Source of the DNA: Verrucomicrobiota bacterium
GTDB lineage: Bacteria; Verrucomicrobiota; Lentisphaeria; JABSQK01; JAJFLO01
Length of the DNA: 64,000 nt
Direction of reading: 5' to 3'
NCBI GenBank assembly: GCA_021772615.1
Contig: JAJFLQ010000107.1
Coordinates: 19,924-83,923 of the forward strand
Shown here: positions 1 through 8,587 of the stretch, piece after piece
Layout: every line of letters starts with the position of its first letter
Numbering within the stretch: the first letter of the stretch is position 1
The notes under the pieces: model-generated
Told to the model about the DNA's origin: nothing
Database searches by the model: none
What the model saw: only the letters and a program-made list of their open reading frames with translations
Position numbers and translations under genes: made by a program

Positions 1-12
1 CTAGCGCCCTCC

Positions 13-687
13 TTAACCGACGAGATACAACAACGGAAACAGGTATATCCAGATGAGATCCACGAGATGCCAGTACAATCCGCCCATCTCCACAGGGATA
101 TAGTACTCGCTTGAATATGTTCCCTGGAGAGTACGAATTAGCACAAAGCCGAGAAATACCATTCCTCCAACAACATGTAGTCCGTGCAAACCGGTCATCG
201 CAAAATATATACTGAAGAAAATATGCGGGTTTGCGACGCCTTCCAGATGCGTATAGGCGAACAATTCGCCGGGAAGAATATGTGCATGGATCTTGTGGCT
301 GTACTCGAAATACTTGATCACCAGAAACGTAGCCGCGCACAGCAGTGTCACCACCAGGAACATGGCTGTCTGCTTCGGCCGGTCGAGCTGAATCGAGCGA
401 ATCGCCAATGCCGCCGTCACAGAGCTGAAAATCAATACGAGTGTATTGATTGCCCCTAGCTTGACATCGAGAAGCTGGTGCGCCTGCGTGAACATTTCTG
501 GGTTCCACGCACGATATATGGCGTAAAAACAAAATAACCCGCCGAATAACAACACCTCCGTGACCAGAAAAAGCCACACGCCCAATTTGATAGACTCGTG
601 CTGCTGCTCCATGTCATGAAAGTGATGTGCCAGCGCAGGATGCCCGCGGTGGTGCTCCTCGCCTGCTATTGCAACGACCTGTTCCAT
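13..687 (-). CDS. ctaE: cytochrome c oxidase subunit III
   Basis: 224-aa polytopic ORF with COX3-like motifs (HGLHVVGG, WHLVDLIWIYLF). It lies directly downstream of subunit I on the same strand. Confidence 0.9.
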   Translation of the reverse strand: MEQVVAIAGEEHHRGHPALAHHFHDMEQQHESIKLGVWLFLVTEVLLFGGLFCFYAIYRAWNPEMFTQAHQLLDVKLGAINTLVLIFSSVTAALAIRSIQLDRPKQTAMFLVVTLLCAATFLVIKYFEYSHKIHAHILPGELFAYTHLEGVANPHIFFSIYFAMTGLHGLHVVGGMVFLGFVLIRTLQGTYSSEYYIPVEMGGLYWHLVDLIWIYLFPLLYLVG

Positions 688-698
688 ATCAGTGTTAC

Positions 699-2321
699 CT
701 AAATGTTCTCAGGAAGAACTTTATCGTAGTCATACGGCCCATGCTTGAAAATGGGTTCTTCACGAAAGTTTTCTGTGGGTGGCGGCGATGACGTCGCCCA
801 TTCAAATGTGAGCCCGCCCCATGGATTGTTACTGGCAGCCTTGCCGTTGAATAACGAGGCTATCAGATACGTCGCGATGATCAGGAAACCAACGCCGAGA
901 ACCATGGCGCCATACGATGAAAAGCCATGATATCGTTCGAATAAATCTGTCTTGTACAATCCGCTGTAGTCATGATACCGCCGCGGCATACCTTGAGATC
1001 CCAGCATGAATTGATTGAAAAACGTCATATTAAATCCCAAAAAGATAAACACGAACGCAATGCGTCCCCAAAACTCGCTATACATCTTGCCGAAAATCTT
1101 GGGCCACCAATGGTGAATGCCACCGAGAAATGCAATAACCGTGCCGCCCATCATCACGTAGTGAAAGTGAGCGACGACGAAATACGTGTCGTGCAGGTGA
1201 ATATCCAGGCCAAGCGCACCCAGAAAGATGCCGGTAAGGCCGCCTATGGTAAACAGGATGAGGAAGGCCAGCGCATACAACATGGGTGTAGTCAGACAGA
1301 TCTGGCCCTTGTACAATGTGGTCATCCAGTTAAAAATCTTGATGCCGGTGGGTATCCCGATAAAAAAGGTAATGAAACTGAAAACCATCGACGAAAATTC
1401 GGACTGTCCGGATACGAACATGTGATGCCCCCAGACCAAAAATCCGAGCAGGGCGATCGCCACACTGGAGTAGGCTATCAGCTTGTAACCGAAGATCTTC
1501 TTGTGCGAGTGTACGGCAATCAGTTCGCTAATTATAGCCATACCCGGCAGAATCATGATATATACCGCAGGGTGCGAATAGAACCAGAAGAAATGCTGAA
1601 ACAGTACCGGATCCCCGCCCATTTCCGGGTTAAAGATGCCAATTCCAAGCGTTTTCTCAAGAATCAACAACAACAGCGTAATGCCCAGCACCGGCGTGGC
1701 CAATACCTGAATCACGGAGGTTGCGTACGTACCCCATACGAACAGCGGCATTTGATACCAGGTCATTCCCGGTGCACGCATCTTGTGAATCGTGACAACA
1801 AAGTTCAAGCCTGTGAATATGGATGAAAAGCCAAGTATGAAAACACCGAATGTCATCGAGATGACCGACGTACTTGATTGCGTACTGTATGGCGAGTAAA
1901 ACGTCCAGCCGGTATCGACCGCCCCGGTAACGACAGAAAACAGCGTGAATGCCGCACCGATCACATAGACATACCAGCTTGCAAGATTCAGCCTTGGGAA
2001 CGCCACATCTTTCGCACCAAGCATGAGCGGCAGACAGAAATTGCCCAACGTCGCGGGAATCGATGGGATAATGAACAGGAACACCATCACGGCGCCGTGA
2101 AGGGTAAAAAACTTGTTGTATGTGTCCTGATCCATGAATTGCTCGCCAGAACGCATCAGTTCCAGACGAATGGACAGGGCAAAGAAACCGCCCAGGCCGA
2201 AGGCGAGACAGATAAGAATCAGGTACATGATGCCGATACGCTTGTGATCAAGCGTAAACAGCCACGATGCCAAGCCTTTCGGGTGGGATAGAAAATTTTG
2301 ATCCGGTGGAGAAGAATGCAT
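699..2321 (-). CDS. ctaD: cytochrome c oxidase subunit I (heme-copper oxidase catalytic subunit)
   Basis: 540-aa ORF with hallmark HCO motifs ([31 protein letters not shown]) and 12 or more TM segments. Confidence 0.97.
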   Translation of the reverse strand: MHSSPPDQNFLSHPKGLASWLFTLDHKRIGIMYLILICLAFGLGGFFALSIRLELMRSGEQFMDQDTYNKFFTLHGAVMVFLFIIPSIPATLGNFCLPLMLGAKDVAFPRLNLASWYVYVIGAAFTLFSVVTGAVDTGWTFYSPYSTQSSTSVISMTFGVFILGFSSIFTGLNFVVTIHKMRAPGMTWYQMPLFVWGTYATSVIQVLATPVLGITLLLLILEKTLGIGIFNPEMGGDPVLFQHFFWFYSHPAVYIMILPGMAIISELIAVHSHKKIFGYKLIAYSSVAIALLGFLVWGHHMFVSGQSEFSSMVFSFITFFIGIPTGIKIFNWMTTLYKGQICLTTPMLYALAFLILFTIGGLTGIFLGALGLDIHLHDTYFVVAHFHYVMMGGTVIAFLGGIHHWWPKIFGKMYSEFWGRIAFVFIFLGFNMTFFNQFMLGSQGMPRRYHDYSGLYKTDLFERYHGFSSYGAMVLGVGFLIIATYLIASLFNGKAASNNPWGGLTFEWATSSPPPTENFREEPIFKHGPYDYDKVLPENI

Positions 2322-2337
2322 GGATGACGCCCTTGTG

Positions 2338-3267
2338 CTACTTCACGGTCTTGATGAAATTGATGATTGAATCCAATTCATCGGGACTCAATGTACCCTG
2401 GAATGTCGGCATGACCGGCTCGTACCCCTGGACAACTTTTGCCTTGGGTTCGAGGATCGATTCACGCAGATAATTCTCATCGACGCTGATTACATCGCCG
2501 TCGGACATGGTTTCCTGACGGCCTAAAATATTCTTGAATGTCGGACCGTTTCCGGGCGATCCGTCAAGGGTATGGCAGGTGTTGCAGCCATAGCGTTTGT
2601 AGAGGACGTCGCCAGTCGGCGTGACACTGTTCTCTTCGATCCATTTCCGGTATTCGGTGTCACTGCGCACCGATACCCGCGTTGTCATCACGGAATGTTG
2701 CTGGCCGCAATACTCCGTACAATACAAGTCATACTCGCCCTTGTGATCGGATTGGAACCACAAAGATGTATACCGATTCGGCACCACATCCATTTTTACC
2801 CTGAAATCGGGGATATACAGCGAATGCAGCACATCACGCGACGACATTAACAGCTTTATCGGTTTCCCATCCGGCACAACCAGGATATCACTCTTGGCGC
2901 CCTCGGGATATTCAAATATCCATTTCCACTGTTGGGCCGTAACGCGAACTTCCATCGCGTTCCCGGGTATCACAAAAAACTGCATGTATGCCCGGAAACC
3001 CCAAACAAAAATGACGAACATCAAGATCGTTGGAATGACGGACCAGAACAGTTCCAGCGGCGTATTATGGCAGAATCCGGATGTAAGCCTGAATGCCTCA
3101 CCCTTTTTCTTGCGAAACTTCACTGCAAAGACGATCGTCCCGACCGTGATCACCACAAAGAAAAAAACCGACAACCAGTAAATAAAGTAGAATAACTGGT
3201 CGTACATCGGCGCGAGCGTGGACGCTGCCGGCGGCAGATTAAATGTACCTTGCTGTTCCATAATCAA
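2338..3267 (-). CDS. ctaC: cytochrome c oxidase subunit II with C-terminal cytochrome c domain (caa3-type)
   Basis: Two N-terminal TM helices, a CuA site ([20 protein letters not shown]), and a C-terminal CNTCH heme c motif. Confidence 0.95.
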   Translation of the reverse strand: MIMEQQGTFNLPPAASTLAPMYDQLFYFIYWLSVFFFVVITVGTIVFAVKFRKKKGEAFRLTSGFCHNTPLELFWSVIPTILMFVIFVWGFRAYMQFFVIPGNAMEVRVTAQQWKWIFEYPEGAKSDILVVPDGKPIKLLMSSRDVLHSLYIPDFRVKMDVVPNRYTSLWFQSDHKGEYDLYCTEYCGQQHSVMTTRVSVRSDTEYRKWIEENSVTPTGDVLYKRYGCNTCHTLDGSPGNGPTFKNILGRQETMSDGDVISVDENYLRESILEPKAKVVQGYEPVMPTFQGTLSPDELDSIINFIKTVK

Positions 3268-3273
3268 TCTGTA

Positions 3274-4104
3274 TCAAACGCTGACACATGCATTATTGCG
3301 ACGCTCACGCAGCCACAGGCCGGCGAGAAAAAATCCAAGAAACGTCACAGTTATCAATCCGCCGAGACGCATCACATTCATCGCCATCAGCGTATACTTC
3401 TTGCCCATTGGGTCGTAATGGTAACAAAAGAGAATCACCCGATCCATGAGCGAACCGATCTTCCCCTCTCCGGCCTCCAGCAAGGACAGACGCAGATCCT
3501 TGCTCCGGTAATCTATCCCGTACAAGTAACGCGATATCACGCCTTCCGGCGTCAACACGAAAACCACCGCTGGGTGCGCAAACTCGTCCTGCCTGGCGTC
3601 GTAATAATACTCGAAGCCTACAGATTCCGCCAGCGACGTGATTTCCGTCTGCCGCCCAACCCAGAATCGCCATCCATCGCCGATATCGCCTTTGTTGAGG
3701 CTATCGACATACACCTTTCGTTTTGCGGCTGCGAGCGCCGGTGTTTCTTCCGGATCAATGCTTACCGTGAGCATCTGGTACTCGTCGCCTGGCTGCCAGT
3801 CCAGTTCTGCGACCGCCTTCGACAACGCATTCAATACGAACGTACACAGCATCGGGCACTCGTAGTAAGCCAGCGTGAGAACAACCGGTTTACCTTGCAC
3901 AAAAACATCGCGCAACTCGACCTGCCTGCCGTTCTCGTCGGCAAAACGCAGATTCAACGGCACACTGCCGCCAAGCCGTTCCGACACATCAATCCCGCGA
4001 AGCTCGGGTACGTCCTCCCGCAGAAGTTGCGCCGAAATCGCAGGCCCCCACAACCATACGGTTGCCAGGACCAGCCGAATCAGCCTTTGTGAGGACCGTT
4101 GCAA
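3274..4104 (-). CDS. SCO1/SenC family copper chaperone
   Basis: Signal-anchor, a thioredoxin-like CPMLC (CxxxC) motif with a downstream conserved His, and a C-terminal TM helix. It sits immediately upstream of ctaC. Confidence 0.85.
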   Translation of the reverse strand: MQRSSQRLIRLVLATVWLWGPAISAQLLREDVPELRGIDVSERLGGSVPLNLRFADENGRQVELRDVFVQGKPVVLTLAYYECPMLCTFVLNALSKAVAELDWQPGDEYQMLTVSIDPEETPALAAAKRKVYVDSLNKGDIGDGWRFWVGRQTEITSLAESVGFEYYYDARQDEFAHPAVVFVLTPEGVISRYLYGIDYRSKDLRLSLLEAGEGKIGSLMDRVILFCYHYDPMGKKYTLMAMNVMRLGGLITVTFLGFFLAGLWLRERRNNACVSV

Positions 4105-4114
4105 TTCGGCACCG

Positions 4115-4474
4115 CTACGGTGCAGTGCCTTGCTGCTGAAATGCCTCCTCAGCGAGAATCGCCATTGCCCGGCTCACCGGGATCTGATAGATCCCTTTTT
4201 CCTTATCAATCACACCGTACCGATTCAACTGCTCTTCTTCGTAAGCCCGCAGCTCCGAGAGTGCAGGCGTCCCATAGTCATTTGCTTCGCGAATCAGCTG
4301 CTCCCGATAATACGAAAAGTAACTGTCAAGGCACACGACCGAGATGACGATCGTTATCACGCAAACAGCGGAAAAGGCGATCAAGATGGGGACATTGACA
4401 TCATGCAATTCGTAACCCGCAGTTACAGAATTCGGGTCGATCGAAACGTGTTGTTCGTGTGAATCACTGCTCAT
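4115..4474 (-). CDS. small single-pass membrane protein, unknown function (oxidase-operon associated)
   Basis: 119-aa ORF with one TM helix (ILIAFSAVCVITIVISVV). It is tightly packed between the ActF-like gene and SCO1. No family recognised. Confidence 0.55.
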   Translation of the reverse strand: MSSDSHEQHVSIDPNSVTAGYELHDVNVPILIAFSAVCVITIVISVVCLDSYFSYYREQLIREANDYGTPALSELRAYEEEQLNRYGVIDKEKGIYQIPVSRAMAILAEEAFQQQGTAP

Positions 4475-4488
4475 AAACCGCGAATGCC

Positions 4489-5688
4489 TTAGATATTCAC
4501 AAAATGTATCGACTCGCGCAATTTAGGATCGTTCACCGGAATGATCGGCTGTGCAGCGAATCGTTTTAGAAAACAGAAGATGAATATGCCGCCGATACCG
4601 ACAAATGTCGCGGCATCCATCCATGAAAAATGAAAATGATGCTTGTGCAGATTCGGACTAATCAACCAGTAAAGATCGATCCAGTGAACGGCCAGCATCC
4701 AGATACTCATGATTGTCATCATTCGCACGCTGCGTTTCGGCACCCGGCTGAGCAATACGGCGAAGGGAATCACAAAATGAGCGAAGACGAGCAACAGGCT
4801 GATCGTTTTCCAATTCCCCTCCCATCGATGCAGATACCACACGGTTTCCTCGGGAATATTGCCGTACCAGATAAGGAAGTATTGGGAAAACGCTATGTAC
4901 GTCCAGAACACGGTAAACGCGAAAATTAATTTTCCCAGATCGTGGAAATGCTCCACTGTAATTTCGTCTGTCAGGATCTGATTGGACTGAAGAAAGACGA
5001 TCCACAATGTCATGAACGCCAGCGCCGACAGCAGGCTTCCTGCAAAGAAGTACACGCCGAAAATAGTGGAATACCAGTGCGGATCCAGCGACATCATCCA
5101 ATCAAAAGCCGAAAAGGTAAGGGTCAACGCAAAAATGACCATACCCGGGCCACTGACCATCCGCATTCGGCCCAAGAGGCCTTCCTCATGCTTCTGGTCC
5201 TGCCTTAATGACGTCTTGTACAGGACCGCGCCGATCACCGTCCAGCAGACAAAATAGATAACCGATCGCCCGATAAACATGCCGGTATTCAACCAGGGAG
5301 CCTTATGCTGGAGCAATACGTCGTGGGCGACTGCGTCGGCATGGGACCAATGATAGAGATCATGAATACCATGCCCAACAATGGGAAGGAGAAAGATAAA
5401 CATGACCGGCAACGTGACCATGAGGCACTCGGACAAACGCCGAACAACGACGCTCCACGTCGCGTCGACGAGATGATGCACCATCGTAAAAAACAACGCG
5501 CCAAGGCCAACGGACGTCCAGAAGACATACGCCGTAAGATACGAGTGATAGAATTGTTTGCTGTCGGCGTTGAAGCCAACTGCCGACGCTGCCAGTCCCG
5601 CTATTCCTACAGCCAGCAGCAGCTTGCCGTAGATTCCCGTGTCCTGTATACGATAAGTCGATTTATCCCACTTCATAAGTTGCGGCAT
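4489..5688 (-). CDS. polytopic membrane protein, possibly ActF/NrfD-like (alternative complex III-type subunit)
   Basis: 399 aa with about 10 TM helices. The N-terminal pattern (FWTSVGLGALFFTMVHHLVDATWSVVVRRLSE) resembles ActC/ActF-type subunits from memory. No search was done. Confidence 0.55.
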   Translation of the reverse strand: MPQLMKWDKSTYRIQDTGIYGKLLLAVGIAGLAASAVGFNADSKQFYHSYLTAYVFWTSVGLGALFFTMVHHLVDATWSVVVRRLSECLMVTLPVMFIFLLPIVGHGIHDLYHWSHADAVAHDVLLQHKAPWLNTGMFIGRSVIYFVCWTVIGAVLYKTSLRQDQKHEEGLLGRMRMVSGPGMVIFALTLTFSAFDWMMSLDPHWYSTIFGVYFFAGSLLSALAFMTLWIVFLQSNQILTDEITVEHFHDLGKLIFAFTVFWTYIAFSQYFLIWYGNIPEETVWYLHRWEGNWKTISLLLVFAHFVIPFAVLLSRVPKRSVRMMTIMSIWMLAVHWIDLYWLISPNLHKHHFHFSWMDAATFVGIGGIFIFCFLKRFAAQPIIPVNDPKLRESIHFVNI

Positions 5689-6580
5689 GCTCCACGTCGT
5701 TTACCAGATCCATCTCCCAGAACGGCAGTAAATCTGCCGTAATGTAACGCCGTACTTCCAGAATCAATTCCGGCCATGACCACAGCCGGCCGAGCGCGTC
5801 GCGACAAAGGGTCTCTATTTGTTTACGGATATGCGACTCCGAGATTTGATCGCACTGGGCAAGGGTGTATTTCTTTTTCTTACTGTCTGTGCCAAGTGTC
5901 TTTCCTATTGCGGCTTCATCGCCAACAACGTCAAGCAGATCGTCCGCAAGCTGATACGCCGTACCCAGCAGGTATCCGACCTCACAGAGTTCCTTGCGTC
6001 TATTACTACTGTCTCCACCGCAACATTCGGCAACAAATGCAAAGAGCGGCCCGGTTTTTCCCCGTGCCACACGAATACACGTATCCACGTCAATCGCTTT
6101 GTCCTTCATCAGCATTTCGTGAATCATCTCGGTGGCACAAACCTCACGAACCTTGCTCACAAACGAAGCCACGGATGCCACGTCGCCACTTTCGACGACA
6201 AGCTGCACAGCGGTACTGAAGAAAAGGTCACCTACCAGAATGGCGCCGGTGGAACCCACTTCACGCCATAGTGTAGGATGTCGCCGGCGAACAACGGCAC
6301 CGTCAATAACATCATCATGAAACAATGTCGCCGCGTGAATCAACTCAGTTGCGGCGCAGGCCTTTATCAGCGCGTCTGTACTCGCGCCGTCCTGCTGCGC
6401 CAGGACCATACCCAGCCGTGTACGCAGCATCTTCCCAGGCGAAAACTGCCGCCGAAGCTGGCCTATTATATCCTGTCCCTCGAACCGTTTAATGTCGCCA
6501 TAAACCGTTTCCAAAACACGATTAATCTCAGCCACGGTCTCATCGACGAAGCCAATTTCACTGATTGAACAATCAAGCAT
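5663..6580 (-). CDS. polyprenyl diphosphate synthase (trans-isoprenyl diphosphate synthase family)
   Basis: First and second Asp-rich motifs are present (LFHDDVIDG and LADDLLD). The 305-aa length is typical of the family. Confidence 0.9.
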   Translation of the reverse strand: MLDCSISEIGFVDETVAEINRVLETVYGDIKRFEGQDIIGQLRRQFSPGKMLRTRLGMVLAQQDGASTDALIKACAATELIHAATLFHDDVIDGAVVRRRHPTLWREVGSTGAILVGDLFFSTAVQLVVESGDVASVASFVSKVREVCATEMIHEMLMKDKAIDVDTCIRVARGKTGPLFAFVAECCGGDSSNRRKELCEVGYLLGTAYQLADDLLDVVGDEAAIGKTLGTDSKKKKYTLAQCDQISESHIRKQIETLCRDALGRLWSWPELILEVRRYITADLLPFWEMDLVNDVEHAATYEVG

Positions 6581-6733
6581 TGCGAATTCAGAGTTCTAGC
6601 GCCGACGAACCCGGTGAAATGGTTTTGTCGTCGCAAAAAATTCCACGGCGCCTGGGCGATGCCTCGGCAACGTGGCTATTGAATGAGGGATAACCTAAAT
6701 GCAAAAAAGATAATGACAAACGTGAAACGAACA

Positions 6734-6760
6734 ATTTTATTCGCCGGCAAAAGCCGTCAA
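6734..6760 (-). promoter_or_regulatory. candidate sigma70-like promoter for the polyprenyl synthase / oxidase operon
   Basis: On the minus strand: TTGACG, 15-nt spacer, TAAAAT, about 150 nt upstream of the start at 6580. The spacer is shorter than optimal, and PVC promoter rules are poorly known. Confidence 0.2.
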
Positions 6761-6850
6761 AATATACGTAACTGCTTACAGATGCGCTTGGTCGGCAACC
6801 CGATGTTGCCGTTTTCGGCTCCGGCAGTATGCATCCCGACCAACCGGTCA

Positions 6851-6894
6851 AAATAAAAAAAAGCATGTTCCCGGCTGTGCTGCCGGGAACATGC
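6851..6894 (-). terminator. rho-independent terminator
   Basis: Perfect 12-13 bp GC-rich stem (GCATGTTCCCGG / CCGGGAACATGC) with a 6-8 nt loop. On the minus strand it is followed by TTTTTTTTATTT. It lies about 95 nt downstream of the stop of the 6989-8161 gene. Confidence 0.8.
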
Positions 6895-6988
6895 ACCAAT
6901 TCACGTTGCACACTCTCATGACCAATCGCCGGGAGGTCTGGAATCTACCAACCTTAATGCGCCGCGAGAACGTGCTGTGTTGCGAATG

Positions 6989-8161
6989 TTAGCTGTCGAC
7001 CTTTTCAATGACCCGGTCCAGGAGTTCCCGCGTCCAGGCGCCGACAAAACGGTAACGTAGCTTGGACCGCGGATTTTCCAGCAACGGCTTGAGAATGGTG
7101 TTAAAATCGAAGGCTGGCCACTCTGATGCCGGCGGCACATCGTCATCTACATTGGCCGTCACGCCAACGATGTGCGCACCTGAAAGGTGTGCGCCGACAA
7201 GGTAGAGCACTTCGTAGAGCGGTTGCCCGACAAAGGGATCGGCGATAACTTCGATCCGGTGATCCAGACTGTCGCAGAAAATTAGCGAGGCCAGCGGACC
7301 GATGATGTTGATGTCGCTGAAGCTACAGGCGCCGAGTGCCGACTTCGCGAGTGCAAGGCGTCGCGGCGCCTTGCAACTCGGAATCGCCATGATTGTACCC
7401 TTGATCTCGGTCGTGTTCCCGACGCGCGCAATATTGGGCTTCCCGTCAAGATCACGCTGCTGCCGGATCTCGCCAGTGTGGATGTCGGCATAAAACAAAC
7501 GAACGCCGTCAGGCGAAATGGTCCACACGGCGTCGGTCTGAAAATCCACGACGCAGCCAAACTCGATCTCGTATTGGCGATTGCCCGGCGTGGACGACGC
7601 CGACTCGCCGGCGATCCAGGCTGCGTTATTGATACACCTGGGATAGCCCCAGTCCCATGGATCAGAATTGTCGACAGGGTCCGTGCCGGCAACCTTGAAC
7701 GGCGCCTTGCCGTGTTCCACCCATTCCTTAAACTCTTCGTCGAATCCCTTGATCCCCGACACATGACCGGGACCGATGATCTCCTCGTTAAAAACTTTGA
7801 TCAATCCGTGGCCGCCGACGTAATCGTAAACAAAAGACGTGTCATTAAGGTTCTTGGCGTCGATCTTTGCTCCCAATTCGCGGCGCAGCTTGGTTTGATT
7901 ACGTTGATACGGATCAAAAAAGTCGCGCACCGCAATACCGTTCAAAGCAAACGCCTGGTGGACAGGGTCTTTGCTTACTACCGATAAATCATACCTCTTT
8001 TTGGTTTCGGCGATTTTGGCATCGATCTGCCCGGTCCAGTCGCCGAGTACTTCTTCGTGAGTTTTCAAGAGACCTCCTTTGTGTGTGATAATTGCGTTAG
8101 TTTTATGGAGAGCGGTAAAAAGGCGGGGAATGTACACAGCAAAACGCGATACGTCAACCAC
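6989..8161 (-). CDS. conserved-looking soluble protein, function unknown (last gene of the MglAB-divergent operon)
   Basis: 390-aa ORF with no TM segments and globular, enzyme-like composition. It is followed by a strong terminator. I could not assign a family by eye. Confidence 0.7.
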   Translation of the reverse strand: MVDVSRFAVYIPRLFTALHKTNAIITHKGGLLKTHEEVLGDWTGQIDAKIAETKKRYDLSVVSKDPVHQAFALNGIAVRDFFDPYQRNQTKLRRELGAKIDAKNLNDTSFVYDYVGGHGLIKVFNEEIIGPGHVSGIKGFDEEFKEWVEHGKAPFKVAGTDPVDNSDPWDWGYPRCINNAAWIAGESASSTPGNRQYEIEFGCVVDFQTDAVWTISPDGVRLFYADIHTGEIRQQRDLDGKPNIARVGNTTEIKGTIMAIPSCKAPRRLALAKSALGACSFSDINIIGPLASLIFCDSLDHRIEVIADPFVGQPLYEVLYLVGAHLSGAHIVGVTANVDDDVPPASEWPAFDFNTILKPLLENPRSKLRYRFVGAWTRELLDRVIEKVDS

Positions 8162-8197
8162 GGGAAAGATAAATATCGTTGAATATCTCCGACGCCG

Positions 8198-8560
8198 TCA
8201 GGAACGCTCGACGTGAAGATATCGCCGACATTTCTGGTAAAACGCTTCGCCTTTTTCAGTCACGGTTCCGGATTCGAGAATAGACTGGACGTGCGTCAGG
8301 ATATGGCCGTGAAATTGACGGCGAAATACTGTCGCCACATCCTTGAGGATCTGGTCGTCGGAACGCAACATGCCGCGCTCCATATTATGAAATGCTTCAT
8401 CAAGAAATTTCTCTGCCTGACGCTCTGTAAGCCCATGGTCCTCCAGGCAAACTATGGCACGATTATTGGTCGAGGCGCTGATGAAAGAATCTGACTTCAT
8501 CGCCAGCACGAATAATTCCGCCAGACGCTTGTACTTCTTGCGGTCCGTTAAAGCCGCCAT
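8198..8560 (-). CDS. small helical protein, unknown function
   Basis: 120-aa ORF lying 27 nt downstream of the 650-aa gene. Its start codon is directly preceded by an A8G9 tract (minus strand). Confidence 0.6.
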   Translation of the reverse strand: MAALTDRKKYKRLAELFVLAMKSDSFISASTNNRAIVCLEDHGLTERQAEKFLDEAFHNMERGMLRSDDQILKDVATVFRRQFHGHILTHVQSILESGTVTEKGEAFYQKCRRYLHVERS

Positions 8561-8577
8561 CCCCCCCCCTTTTTTTT
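8561..8577. repeat. C9T8 homopolymer pair (G9 preceded by A8 on the coding strand) abutting the start codon of the 8198-8560 gene
   Basis: Read directly: ccccccccc tttttttt at 8561-8577. On the minus strand this reads AAAAAAAAGGGGGGGGG-ATG. Confidence 0.95.
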
Positions 8578-8587
8578 CGCGTCAGCG

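Noticed and set aside
745-2291. Several plus-strand track ORFs (745-930, 972-1826, 1228-1425, 1878-2291) lying inside ctaD.
   Set aside because: They are antisense to a subunit I gene that is unmistakable along its full length. Their translations are low-complexity and Arg/His-rich, as expected of shadow frames.
3250-4092. A 280-aa plus-strand ORF and other frames overlapping the SCO1 gene.
   Set aside because: It is antisense to an ORF with a clear SCO1 CxxxC motif and signal anchor. It has no motifs of its own.
6588-7146. Minus-strand ORFs of 107 aa (6588-6911) and 76 aa (6916-7146).
   Set aside because: The first spans the terminator hairpin and the promoter region of the next operon. 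The second overlaps the 3' end of the 390-aa gene out of frame. Neither has coding-like composition.
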